DNA from: Candidatus Thorarchaeota archaeon
GTDB taxonomy: Archaea; Asgardarchaeota; Thorarchaeia; Thorarchaeales; Thorarchaeaceae
NCBI GenBank assembly: GCA_046758445.1
Contig: JBHIAE010000005.1
Span: 32,001 to 96,000, forward strand
Length of the DNA: 64,000 nucleotides
Direction: 5' to 3'
In this document: positions 7,932-17,570 of the stretch, in pieces
How positions within the stretch are numbered: position 1 is the first letter of the stretch
Layout: each line of letters opens with the position of its first letter
The notes under the pieces: generated by a model
The model's database searches: none
The model's input: the letters and a program-made list of their open reading frames with translations, nothing else
What the model was told of the DNA's origin: nothing
Program-made: the position numbers and the translations under genes

Positions 7932-10277
7932 CTAGCTGCTTCTCGAGAACTCCGTCCGTGCAATCACCTCATCCTGCACGAATGGATCTAGTTCTATGAA
8001 GTAAGCGCTATACCCTGCTACTCTGACTATAAGGTCTCTATGCTGCAAAGGATTGATTTTGGCATCTTCTAGAGTTTCTTTGTCGACCACATTGAATTGT
8101 ACGTGCAGTCCACCTAAGGCAAAGTAGCCCTCGATAAGACTAATGAACTTCTTCCGACTCGTGAGAGTGTCAAAGTAGTCTGGTGTGAATTTCATATTGT
8201 ACAGTGTCCCATTGTAGCAGAGTCTATGGTCCAAACGCGCCACCGACTTCATGGCCGCTGTGGGACCACGTACATCTCGATTCTGTGTTGGCGATACGCC
8301 ATCAGACAACATTATCCCTGCTTTTCTTCCATCCGGCGTTGCCCCGAGCACCTCTCCCTGGGGAATATACATAGATACCGAGAACAATGCACCATGGTAT
8401 GGGCCGTTTCTTGTAGTCATTCGGCTCTGAATTGACTTGCAGAACGCCCTGCCTGTGTCACGCGCGAGAAAGTCCACGCTCTCTATGTCGTTTCCATACT
8501 TGTCCGGATCATTCTCAAGGCGGACCCGAAGGTCCTCATGACCTTCAAAGTTGGTTGCAAGAGCATCAAGCATCTCTTCCATGGGGATACTCTTCTCTTC
8601 AAACACATGTTTCCTTAACATCGAAAGAGAATCTGCAACAATCCCAACTCCAACCCCCATTATGCCTCCGGAGTTGTATCTGACGCCTCCGTCTTGCATT
8701 GTCATTCCGTTTTCAAGGCAACCGTCAAGAAGTGCAGATATGAAGGGGGTTGGTGTCATCTTAGAAAGCATACCAGCCGCGATTCTGTCAGCTCTCGTGA
8801 GGAGTTCGATCGCATGGTCAATCTGCTTCTCATAGGCCCCCCACAGTTCATCGAACGATTTGAACTCGTTCGGATCACCAGTTTCTAGCCCTACGAGCGT
8901 TCTGCTTCGGGGGTCCCTTCCGTTGTTCAGAGTTATCTCAAGTATCTTAGGCAGATTCACATAACCGATATTCTGTCTGGCATCTGTCTTGCCTTCGATA
9001 ATTGGTTCGACACAGCCCAGAATTGAGTAGTTGTGAGCCTCATCCAGGTCTGTGCCCTTGTCAATCATCGTTGGTATTATGACCTCATCGTTGAAGATCC
9101 CTGGCATTCCAAGCCCCTTAGAGACCACATCGACAACTTTCAGCTTGAACTCTTCCGGCGTGCCTTGATGCCATCTGAAAGAAACTGTTGGTTGGGTGAC
9201 TCTCACGTTCGCCGTCACTTCGAGGACCAAGTCAGTCAGTTCATTACATACGTCTTTCCCTTCTGCGTCCTGACCCCCAATGGTCAGGTTCTGAAACATA
9301 GGGAACCCTGCAAAGGCAACACTGTAGTACTCGTTTCTCAGTTTGATGAGCGAGGCGAACTTGATCCACAGCATTTCAAGAAGGGCAACTGCATCGTCCC
9401 TTGTCAGTTCCCCTGAATCGATACTCTTCTTGTAGAGAGGATACAAGTACTGATCGAATCTACCAGTCGAAATGGAATGGCCATTTGACTCGGTCTGCAC
9501 CAACAATTGAATGAACCAGAACGACTGTATTGCCTCACGGAAGGTTCTGGCAGACTTGGCTGGCACCCTTCGACATATCTCTGCTATCTTCAGTAGCTCT
9601 TCTCTTCTGTCCGCATCTTCCTCTTGATGGGCAAGACTCTCAGCCAAGTCAGCAAACCTGTGTGCGTAGTGAATAATCCCTTCCATAGCAATCTCGACAG
9701 ACTCGTAGAAATGTTTCTGATTTGTTTCTTCGGCCCGCTTCTTTCGGTCAGATGCTTCCTCGGCAATCGCTTCAAGGCCTTCCTCTATTACTCTCTGATA
9801 ATCAACAATGACATGGCCTATTCCCGTTCCAGGAGCTCCTATCGTGAACAGTCCGGCTTTCGAAGCGCGCTGAGACTCCATCGGCATTTCTTCTTTGCAC
9901 AGCTCGGAGGTGCTCTTTCCACGCCAATACTCGAACACCTCTCTCAGTGCTTCTTTGTCTTTCTCGCCTATCTCAAATCTCTCTGTCCTTCTCTTGTTGA
10001 ATCGGTCCAACTCTTGATTGATCCATGTCCAACTGTATTCCGGGAAGATCTGACAAGAACGGGGAGTGGGTCCCATGTTTCCAACTATGATCTCTTCCGG
10101 CTCTATACGGAGTGTCATGTTGGCGAGAACATGTGAGAAAGCCTTGGCAAGTCGAATCTGTGTTGGTTCCTCTTCATGACTCATGACGTAGTCTGTGAAC
10201 CGCCTGGCTCTCTCAGATGATATTGTTGGCTGAGCCTCTAACATTCTATCGCGCAAGCGACCGGTCCGAGAGTTCAT
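7932..10277 (-). CDS. Glycyl radical enzyme, glycerol/diol dehydratase-like (PFL2) clade
   Basis: Cys loop LGCVEP, Gly loop RVAGYSAYF, SNGHSIS, RFDQYLYP, QNLTIGG. Confidence 0.92.
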   Translation of the reverse strand: MNSRTGRLRDRMLEAQPTISSERARRFTDYVMSHEEEPTQIRLAKAFSHVLANMTLRIEPEEIIVGNMGPTPRSCQIFPEYSWTWINQELDRFNKRRTERFEIGEKDKEALREVFEYWRGKSTSELCKEEMPMESQRASKAGLFTIGAPGTGIGHVIVDYQRVIEEGLEAIAEEASDRKKRAEETNQKHFYESVEIAMEGIIHYAHRFADLAESLAHQEEDADRREELLKIAEICRRVPAKSARTFREAIQSFWFIQLLVQTESNGHSISTGRFDQYLYPLYKKSIDSGELTRDDAVALLEMLWIKFASLIKLRNEYYSVAFAGFPMFQNLTIGGQDAEGKDVCNELTDLVLEVTANVRVTQPTVSFRWHQGTPEEFKLKVVDVVSKGLGMPGIFNDEVIIPTMIDKGTDLDEAHNYSILGCVEPIIEGKTDARQNIGYVNLPKILEITLNNGRDPRSRTLVGLETGDPNEFKSFDELWGAYEKQIDHAIELLTRADRIAAGMLSKMTPTPFISALLDGCLENGMTMQDGGVRYNSGGIMGVGVGIVADSLSMLRKHVFEEKSIPMEEMLDALATNFEGHEDLRVRLENDPDKYGNDIESVDFLARDTGRAFCKSIQSRMTTRNGPYHGALFSVSMYIPQGEVLGATPDGRKAGIMLSDGVSPTQNRDVRGPTAAMKSVARLDHRLCYNGTLYNMKFTPDYFDTLTSRKKFISLIEGYFALGGLHVQFNVVDKETLEDAKINPLQHRDLIVRVAGYSAYFIELDPFVQDEVIARTEFSRSS

Positions 10278-10330
10278 CCCATGCAGTATCTCCCAGAGAG
10301 CTATTTACTCTTCCTCTTGCGGTCTTTCTT

Positions 10331-11491
10331 CTACTTGAGAAGCTTTGGAACGTAGGAATCCAACCGCTGGATGGCTTCTTCAATCACTTCAGTAGACATG
10401 GCGTAGCATATGCGCAGGAATCCTTCGCCGTACTTGCCGAAGGCAGAGCCATGGACGGTAACAACACCTGTTTCTTCCAGAAGTCTGATTGCCAAGTCCC
10501 AGCTGGCCAATCCATACCTTGAAACATCAGGGAACACATAGAAAGCTCCGCCTGGTGGACTCAGTTCTATTCCTTCTATTGCCTGAAGCCCCTTGGTAAT
10601 GGTATCACGGCGTCTTCGGAACGTATCTGTCATCCTCTTCACAGAATCTTGGGGCCCTCTTACTGCCGCCTCGGCCGCCTTCTGAGATATTGAGGTTGGC
10701 ATGGACAGGACGTGTTCTTGTAACTTCACCATACTCGATATTATCTCAGATGGCCCAGTCGAGAAACCAATTCGCCATCCAGTCATCGCGTAGGTCTTAG
10801 AGAATGAGAAGAGCGTAACAGTTCTCTCCTTCATTCCGGGCAGAGAAGCAATGAACAAGGGCTTTTCATCATCCCATCGGAACTTCTCGTATGCTTGGTC
10901 GGATAAGACCACGAGATCGTTTTCAATGGCAATCTCAGCCACTCTCTTCAGTTCCTTCGCGGGCATTGTGCCCCCTGTAGGATTGTTCGGGAAGTTGAGT
11001 ACGAGCAGCTTCGTTTTGTCTGTGATAAGGGGTTCAAGATCTTCTGCTTTGAAGGAGAACCCAAGGTCTCTCTTGAGCTGCACAGCGATACCTTTGCCGC
11101 CACACAAAGTGACATGCGCCGGGTGGCTGACAAATCCGGGATCAGGATAGATTACTTCGTCGCCGGGGTCGACAAGCACAAGGTTTGCGAGAAGCAGAGA
11201 CCCCATCCCACCACCCGTGCAGATAATCTCGGTCTTGGGATCCGCCTCTATTCCGTTGTCTCGTTTCAGTTTCTCCGCAAATGCCTCACGGACTTCCAGC
11301 ATTCCGGCATTCAACGTGTATTTTGTGTATCCCTCATCGATGGCTCTCTTGGCAGCATCTTTGATATACTGAGGTGTGTCGAAATCTGGAAGTCCAACTG
11401 TCATGTCGAGTGCGTTCTCATGTCCTTTGGCCATGTTGAACATCTTGCGAATTTCGCTTGCAACAATCATTTGGTTCCTCTGAGCGAGCAT
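10331..11491 (-). CDS. Class I/II PLP aminotransferase (AspAT-like)
   Basis: GLPDF, NFPNNPTG, SDQAY, SFSKTYAMTGWRIG, FLRICYA; probable start at ATG 11491. Confidence 0.9.
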   Translation of the reverse strand: MLAQRNQMIVASEIRKMFNMAKGHENALDMTVGLPDFDTPQYIKDAAKRAIDEGYTKYTLNAGMLEVREAFAEKLKRDNGIEADPKTEIICTGGGMGSLLLANLVLVDPGDEVIYPDPGFVSHPAHVTLCGGKGIAVQLKRDLGFSFKAEDLEPLITDKTKLLVLNFPNNPTGGTMPAKELKRVAEIAIENDLVVLSDQAYEKFRWDDEKPLFIASLPGMKERTVTLFSFSKTYAMTGWRIGFSTGPSEIISSMVKLQEHVLSMPTSISQKAAEAAVRGPQDSVKRMTDTFRRRRDTITKGLQAIEGIELSPPGGAFYVFPDVSRYGLASWDLAIRLLEETGVVTVHGSAFGKYGEGFLRICYAMSTEVIEEAIQRLDSYVPKLLK

Positions 11492-11644
11492 GGGACATCT
11501 CCTCGAGCACGCGGAGCCTTGCCTCTTTATATAATATGTCAATGGGGTCCGATTCAGAGGTCAGAGATTGAAGACAATGCGTCAGAGTAGATTTAAGGCA
11601 CTTGTCGGACGTGGCGCAGTATCTCTACAAATGGAGGCCACCAT

Positions 11645-12313
11645 GTGACCAGCAAGAAGACAAAGATAATCGATAGGACCCTTAGACTGTATGTAGCAGC
11701 GCTATCCGACGCGGCTGATGAAGTTGGGATTGGAAGGGTATGTATGGATCGCGGTATTGTCCCACTGACCATCAACAAGAGGATGGCCGGATTTGCTAGA
11801 ACTGGAAAGCTAGTAAGACCTCCAGCTCAGCGGCCATATGATGAGGCACAGCTAGACATGTTCATGAGTCTCGCAACAGAGGCCCAGGTTGATGATCTGG
11901 TCGTAATCGATTCTGGAAAGGCCGATGATTGCTCTGTCTGGGGTCAGATCCTCACGAAAATCGGGATAGCAAAGGGACTAAGAGGGGCAGTCGTGGACGG
12001 GACCTCACGCGATATCGATGACATAGACAAGACAGGATTCGTAGTCTTTGCGCGTGGGTTGCATCCTGGGACCATGAGGGGACGCCTTGACATGGAGTCG
12101 ATTAGTGAGCCGATTGTTTGCGGTGGCGTGACTGTCCATCCGGGTGATCTTGTCTTTGCTGACGCTGATGGTGTTGCTGTCATTCCTCAAGACAAGATAG
12201 ATGCGGTTCTTACGCATGCCGAGGAAGTTGTAGACACAGACAGCTGGTGGGCAAAGAAGCTGGATGACGGCGAGGACCCCCACGACCTGCACAAAGAGAA
12301 ACCGATACCCTAG
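11645..12313 (+). CDS. RraA family / HMG-CHA aldolase-like protein
   Basis: ALSDA, VWGQILT, GAVVDGTSRD, VHPGDLVFADADGVAVIP. Confidence 0.85.
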   Translation: MTSKKTKIIDRTLRLYVAALSDAADEVGIGRVCMDRGIVPLTINKRMAGFARTGKLVRPPAQRPYDEAQLDMFMSLATEAQVDDLVVIDSGKADDCSVWGQILTKIGIAKGLRGAVVDGTSRDIDDIDKTGFVVFARGLHPGTMRGRLDMESISEPIVCGGVTVHPGDLVFADADGVAVIPQDKIDAVLTHAEEVVDTDSWWAKKLDDGEDPHDLHKEKPIP

Positions 12314-12322
12314 CAGCAACGA

Positions 12323-13453
12323 TCACAAGTCAATTGGATACCGACCTCGTTTCTCGGCGTAGTCATACATCTCCAGGACCTTCTCAGGTGTAGAGTCTGG
12401 CTGAATGTTGTGCGCAGGTGCTAGGAGATAGCCGCCTCCGGGAGCGAGTGCGTTTAGCCGTGTATCAATCTCAGATCTGACATCCTCAAGCGTACCTCGT
12501 TCAGACATTGCGCGCTGAAGATCTATGCCACCATGGAAGGTCAATCGATCTCCGTACTTCTCCTTGAGGGTAGCGGAGTCCATGCCCTTTGCCAGGGGCT
12601 GGATAGGATTCAGAATGTCTACGCCCACGTCGATCAAGTCATCAATCATGGGCTCTATCGCTCCGCAACTGTGAAAGAGAACCTTAACATTGGGAGCTCT
12701 CTTGTGAATGTCACCGTAGATCTTCTTGTGCCGCGGTTTGACAAGTTTCCGATACATTCGTGGGCTCATTATCAGTCCATCTTGATGCCCCAGATCATCG
12801 CCAACCTGTACAAGGTCAAGGTACTCACCAACCTCATCTAGAAGCACGCGGTTCATGTCGAGGGCGAGCTGCATCGCCTTTTCCATCATTGCCTCTGCAA
12901 GTTTCGTGTTTTGACCTAGATCAATCAAGAATCTGTCAAACCCACGCATGTAGTGTTCCAGGATCTCGAAGACGCCCCACGGTCCTCCTACCATTCCCAC
13001 AACTGCAGTATCGGTCTTCTCATGAAGATGCTTTGCCCATTCAACCACTCCCTCCATCCTGGAAGAATCGTCGGCGTCTGGCCACTCGTACTCCTCGATT
13101 TGCTCTACTTCTTCAAAGTCAGCCCAAGGAAAATGAGTCACTTCCCAATAGTAACCGACGTATTTTCCCCGGAATCCATACTCTGTGTCTGTGGAACCGT
13201 CAGGATAGGTCTTCATCTTGAAACTAGATGATTGTTTCATGTATACTCGACGGAAATCCACATGGAGTCGACGAAGCATCTCTTCGGAGATGTTCCAAGT
13301 TTCCATTATCCCCCACTCTTGGTCCTCTGTGGCGGTCACACCAAGGTGGTTTCGCAGACTCCTATAGGCCGCAGATGTGGTCCAATAGTCGATTGGGACT
13401 CTATCTGGTTCTTCGTGGCTTACGGCTCTATGGAATCTTTCTCTCGGCTTCAT
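12323..13453 (-). CDS. Uroporphyrinogen decarboxylase family (MtaA/CmuA-like) protein
   Basis: PRERFHRAVSHEEPDRVP, GDDLG, HSCG, LNPIQP, FHGGID, GGYLLAPAHNIQPD. Confidence 0.85.
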   Translation of the reverse strand: MKPRERFHRAVSHEEPDRVPIDYWTTSAAYRSLRNHLGVTATEDQEWGIMETWNISEEMLRRLHVDFRRVYMKQSSSFKMKTYPDGSTDTEYGFRGKYVGYYWEVTHFPWADFEEVEQIEEYEWPDADDSSRMEGVVEWAKHLHEKTDTAVVGMVGGPWGVFEILEHYMRGFDRFLIDLGQNTKLAEAMMEKAMQLALDMNRVLLDEVGEYLDLVQVGDDLGHQDGLIMSPRMYRKLVKPRHKKIYGDIHKRAPNVKVLFHSCGAIEPMIDDLIDVGVDILNPIQPLAKGMDSATLKEKYGDRLTFHGGIDLQRAMSERGTLEDVRSEIDTRLNALAPGGGYLLAPAHNIQPDSTPEKVLEMYDYAEKRGRYPIDL

Positions 13454-13744
13454 GTTCCTTTGACTCCTTGTGTGTCACACAATGTACTGACTCGCAGTTT
13501 AACTTCCCGTTGAGATGCAATCTCTATTAAACCTTCAGCGGAAACGTTTATCTAGCTCACGGAGTTCAAGCGTCTTCCTAAGGAGGTTGTGCAAGATGGG
13601 AAAGATGAAGGTCGCGATTCTCTGTTGTCCAGAGGATTTCAGGATGGAATCGGTTGAAATCTGGAAACCGGGCCCGAGATGGCTCCTGATAAGCGTAGGA
13701 CCTGTTAACGTGGGCAAGTATTTCGGACACGGGATGTATGAAGA

Positions 13745-14215
13745 ATGGTAGCACCATCTGCTGATGATGTTAGAGTAGTTGGTATGTCGACCGTTGCCTC
13801 CGCACATGTTGTCTACGTGGAAACCGTTCGGGCCGCCTTTGGTAAGAAGGGACTCGAAGCGCTGGCCGAAGCGAATCGTCTACATGGACTGGAGCTCGGG
13901 GAGCAGGGTGTCAAGGACGGAGGTCTCAGAAAGGGTGATTTGAATTCAATTCATGACTTCTTTGCAGCTGCATATCCGTACTTCGGATTTGTCCTGGAGA
14001 TTGCTGATGCATCCGATCGACTGTTGGATCTGAAAGTGACTGAATGTCCATGGATTGACACTTTCCGTACTAAGAACGCCAATGATGATATCTGCCACTG
14101 GGTCACGAAGATTGACGAAGGAATCGGTCAGGCCGTAGATCCCGGTCTCAGGATGACTCTTCCAATGTGTATGATGCGAGGAGATGACCACTGCATCTAC
14201 AGATGGGAAAAATAG
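13745..14215 (+). CDS. L-2-amino-thiazoline-4-carboxylate hydrolase-like / V4R-fold small protein
   Basis: VTECPW, C...ID and CMMRGDDHC motifs. Confidence 0.65.
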   Translation: MVAPSADDVRVVGMSTVASAHVVYVETVRAAFGKKGLEALAEANRLHGLELGEQGVKDGGLRKGDLNSIHDFFAAAYPYFGFVLEIADASDRLLDLKVTECPWIDTFRTKNANDDICHWVTKIDEGIGQAVDPGLRMTLPMCMMRGDDHCIYRWEK

Positions 14216-14387
14216 CATCTGAGTAAGTCAAATCGACTCAAATCCAACAGGCATCTTTGCCTACGAGGTCCGCGGCCACGTTCCGTCTTCAAACGACTTT
14301 AAATCAAATTAAGACACACCGGAGCTCTTAATTAACACCTTCTGAATCACCAGTGATTTGAGGATGATTGTCTGCAGCTAGACACTT

Positions 14388-15785
14388 ATGGAGAGCCTTG
14401 TCATGGTCGATGTGAAGAAGATCACTCAACTTTTGTCCGATGCTACTAGTCCCGACAGGGTCACTGACAAGGACTTCGATCTCATTTCCTATAGCAGAGA
14501 TTTGAGCCCCGCGAAGCAGAAACTTCCATCTCACGTTGTACTGGCAGAAACCCGGGAGGAGATTCAGAAGATTCTTGCGATTGCGAACAAGAATGATGTC
14601 CCGGTCTATATACGGGGCGGAGGCACTTCCCATTGGGATGCTTTTTTGCCTCAGGAACCAGGCATTATGGTTGACCTAGCACGTATGAATAAGGTCCTTG
14701 AAATAAACGAGAGAGACCTTGTAGTGACAGTGCAGCCGAACTGCACCTGGGCGAAGATGGATGAAGAACTACGGAAGAGAGGCCTGACGTATCTTTGCAG
14801 TGAAGCCGGAGGCCCGGCTATGACCGTGGGCGGTTCTGTCATGAAGGCAGGTGGCGGACCACATTCCACGGCCAAGTTCGGCTTCCACGGCAACCAAGAT
14901 GTGATTTGTCTGGAGATGGTGCTACCCAATGGCGACGTTGTCCAGACTGGTTCCGCGGCTTGGCCGAGTGCAGGGAAGTTTGAGCGACAATGCCTTGGAC
15001 CAGACTTGGCTGGAATGTTTCTAGGAGCTGAAGGAATACTGGGTGTTTGCACCGAGTTGAGTCTTCGGATTCGTCCAGCCGTTGATTTCAAGGAACGATT
15101 GAGCGCAGTCTTACCCACACTTGACGATGTAGTTGAGTTTGGCCATTTCATAAACAGGCATGTGGGCGACGAGTACCTACAAGGAATCTACCTATGGGTT
15201 GCCCCAGACACCCCAGATCTCTTCTTCATAATGATGGACATCTTCGGATATGAGCCTGAGATTGTGAAGCACCGCAAGAAGAAGATACTGGACAAGATTG
15301 CTGAACTGGGTGGAGAGATTGCAGACCGTGCTCCAGCAGACGACTATTATGACCGCATTCTGACAGGGCTCACAGACTTGTTCACTGCTGGTGTCTGGCA
15401 CTTCTTTGGTGCTGGGTCTCTCAGAATAGATGACATCAAGTTCCTGTACAAGATATGGCGAGAGGAGTTACTTGAGAAACGTGGCTACACGAAGGCTGGA
15501 TTCGGTGGACAGGTCCTACCACGAAGATGGCTGGCTTTCATGGTCACTAACTACAAGGAGCCAGAGGAATGGGAGGAACTTGTGAAGATGGCCGACGAGA
15601 TCGACGAGATGACCTTGAAAGGCCCGGTAGTACCCTACGGAGTGGGAGGACGAGACGGGCTTCGCCAATTCGTGGCTTCGCATGATACAGGCTACTATCG
15701 ATTGCTCAAGACACTCAAGCAGACTTTGGACCCAAAGAACATTCTACAGCGAGGCATATTCATCCCGGAGGAGGAGTTGCAGTGA
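14388..15785 (+). CDS. FAD-linked oxidoreductase (GlcD/D-lactate dehydrogenase-like)
   Basis: RGGGTS, TVGG, LEMVLPNG, GAEGILGV, LDPKNILQRG. Confidence 0.85.
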   Translation: MESLVMVDVKKITQLLSDATSPDRVTDKDFDLISYSRDLSPAKQKLPSHVVLAETREEIQKILAIANKNDVPVYIRGGGTSHWDAFLPQEPGIMVDLARMNKVLEINERDLVVTVQPNCTWAKMDEELRKRGLTYLCSEAGGPAMTVGGSVMKAGGGPHSTAKFGFHGNQDVICLEMVLPNGDVVQTGSAAWPSAGKFERQCLGPDLAGMFLGAEGILGVCTELSLRIRPAVDFKERLSAVLPTLDDVVEFGHFINRHVGDEYLQGIYLWVAPDTPDLFFIMMDIFGYEPEIVKHRKKKILDKIAELGGEIADRAPADDYYDRILTGLTDLFTAGVWHFFGAGSLRIDDIKFLYKIWREELLEKRGYTKAGFGGQVLPRRWLAFMVTNYKEPEEWEELVKMADEIDEMTLKGPVVPYGVGGRDGLRQFVASHDTGYYRLLKTLKQTLDPKNILQRGIFIPEEELQ

Positions 15786-16978
15786 GAATCGAGGAATTCA
15801 AGGATATGATCTATGCCTGCGGCAGGTGCAACTTCTGTAGAGGCACAGATTTCAATGAGCGCTGCCCAGAGGTGTTCACTCAGTTGTGGGAATCATCCAC
15901 ACTCCGCGGTCGGATGGCGATTGCCAGAGGAATCCTTGAGGGTCAACTTGACTATTCAGACGACTTGGCTGAGCGCATCTTCGGATGCTTCATGTGTGGG
16001 CGGTGCAGAGAGGAGTGCAAGAAGGCTGCTCAGATTGATGCTATTGCCATCACTAAAGCAATGCGAGCAGATTTTGTCGATAAAGGTGTCAAGATTCCCG
16101 AGGGTGGCACCAACATGGTAGATACTGCCATAGACTCAGGTAACATCTTCGCTGACACTCCTGCTAGACATACGAAGTGGGCTGAGGGATTGACATTCAA
16201 GGAGGGCTCAGGGACTCTATTCTATCCCGGATGTCTGGCAAGTCATAGATTCAAAGAGAAGACTAACATCTTGGTCAAAGTCCTACAAGCCGCGGGATAC
16301 GAGCTCGACTTCCTGGGCGACGACCAGACATGCTGCGGTACACCATTTTGGATATCAGGAAAGGTCGGGAATGCGAAGGAATGGGCCGAGAACTACCTCA
16401 AGAAGCTGAATGCACGCGGAGTGAAGGAGATCATTACTCCATGTCCGAGCTGCTTCAGAGCTTTTGATGAAGAGTATCCAGCTCTGTTGGGACTGGAGGA
16501 GTTTCCAATCCGAATCAGGCACACCAGTGAAGTGCTCGAAGAGATAGTGGACAAGAAGAAGCTGAAGTTCAAGGTTTCTCTTGACAAGCGTGTCACCTAT
16601 CACGATCCATGTGAGATTGGACGGTATAGAGAGATCTATGATCCTGGTAGGAAGGTTTTGTCCTCACTGCCAGGAGTAGAGTATGTGGAAATGTCAAGAT
16701 ACCGTGAGGAGGCATTCTGTTGCGGTGGAGGTGGCGGTGTCAAGATCATGTACGAGAATCACTCAAACAAAGTCGCCGAGGAACGAATCAATGACTTCAT
16801 CGACACGGAGGCCGACATTCTAACTACAGTTTGTCCTGCCTGCGAAATGAACCTTACTCATGGCACCTATGCGGCGGATGTCGAGGCGAGAGTTCTGGAC
16901 ATTGCTGAACTGATTGCGGTTGCCGCAGGAATTGTAGACAAGGGAATCCTTGAGCCAGACTATTTCCCAGAAGATTGA
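15782..16978 (+). CDS. Fe-S oxidoreductase with CCG domains (GlcF/HdrD-like)
   Basis: Two CxxCxxC motifs, YPGC, CCG, CPSC, YHDPC, CCGGGGG, CPAC; start overlaps the upstream stop (GTGA). Confidence 0.88.
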   Translation: MRIEEFKDMIYACGRCNFCRGTDFNERCPEVFTQLWESSTLRGRMAIARGILEGQLDYSDDLAERIFGCFMCGRCREECKKAAQIDAIAITKAMRADFVDKGVKIPEGGTNMVDTAIDSGNIFADTPARHTKWAEGLTFKEGSGTLFYPGCLASHRFKEKTNILVKVLQAAGYELDFLGDDQTCCGTPFWISGKVGNAKEWAENYLKKLNARGVKEIITPCPSCFRAFDEEYPALLGLEEFPIRIRHTSEVLEEIVDKKKLKFKVSLDKRVTYHDPCEIGRYREIYDPGRKVLSSLPGVEYVEMSRYREEAFCCGGGGGVKIMYENHSNKVAEERINDFIDTEADILTTVCPACEMNLTHGTYAADVEARVLDIAELIAVAAGIVDKGILEPDYFPED

Positions 16979-17032
16979 CTGCACGGAAGCTGATCCCTGT
17001 CGCAATCCTTGATGCAAGAAGCTGCAACAGCA

Positions 17033-17323
17033 CTACCCGCCGACGGCTGCTATCATGAAGACAATGAGGTCTCCTTTTGAGAGCTTGGTCCTCTCTCCCT
17101 GATGTGCGACCATGTTCTTCCCATTCACAAGAACGATTGCGTCGCGCCTGAGTCTTCTACTCCCCTTCTCTTCAAGGTAGGGTTCAAACCTGTCTTCAAA
17201 CTTGTCCTGTAGCTCGTCAATCAGGTCTCTCACGGTCGCTCCCTCTTTAGTTTCAAAGCTAAACTTATCATGTTCGTGGGATTTCAATCCGCGATTCATG
17301 AGCTTCACGAAGACTTCAGTCAT
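17033..17323 (-). CDS. MoaD/ThiS/SAMP ubiquitin-like sulfur carrier
   Basis: VLVNG and C-terminal AVGG. Confidence 0.85.
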   Translation of the reverse strand: MTEVFVKLMNRGLKSHEHDKFSFETKEGATVRDLIDELQDKFEDRFEPYLEEKGSRRLRRDAIVLVNGKNMVAHQGERTKLSKGDLIVFMIAAVGG

Positions 17324-17570
17324 TTGACCACACCTTTGGCCTTGTGGTCTAGATACCTAAAGTTTAAGTTAAATATGACGGAGCTGGACTCTAGCAGGCA
17401 GGCATTAGACATATTCTAGGTCTTAAAGTGTTGAATCCTCTACTGAGTGTTGAACAATGCGTTGCTTTGTCTGCACGAAAGAGATATAGCCTATTCATGG
17501 TTCGCGCATTGTACAAACGAGAACAGGGAATTAGCCACTGACAGGGAAAAGCGAAGGTTGCTGGTCTACG

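Noticed and set aside
7932-10277. Calling the GRE pyruvate formate-lyase or choline TMA-lyase
   Set aside because: It has a single-Cys GCVEP loop rather than the PFL CC pair, and no cut or microcompartment genes are nearby
12323-13453. Calling this gene hemE
   Set aside because: The HSCG and metal-site pattern fits the MtaA/CmuA-like branch, and there is no tetrapyrrole gene context
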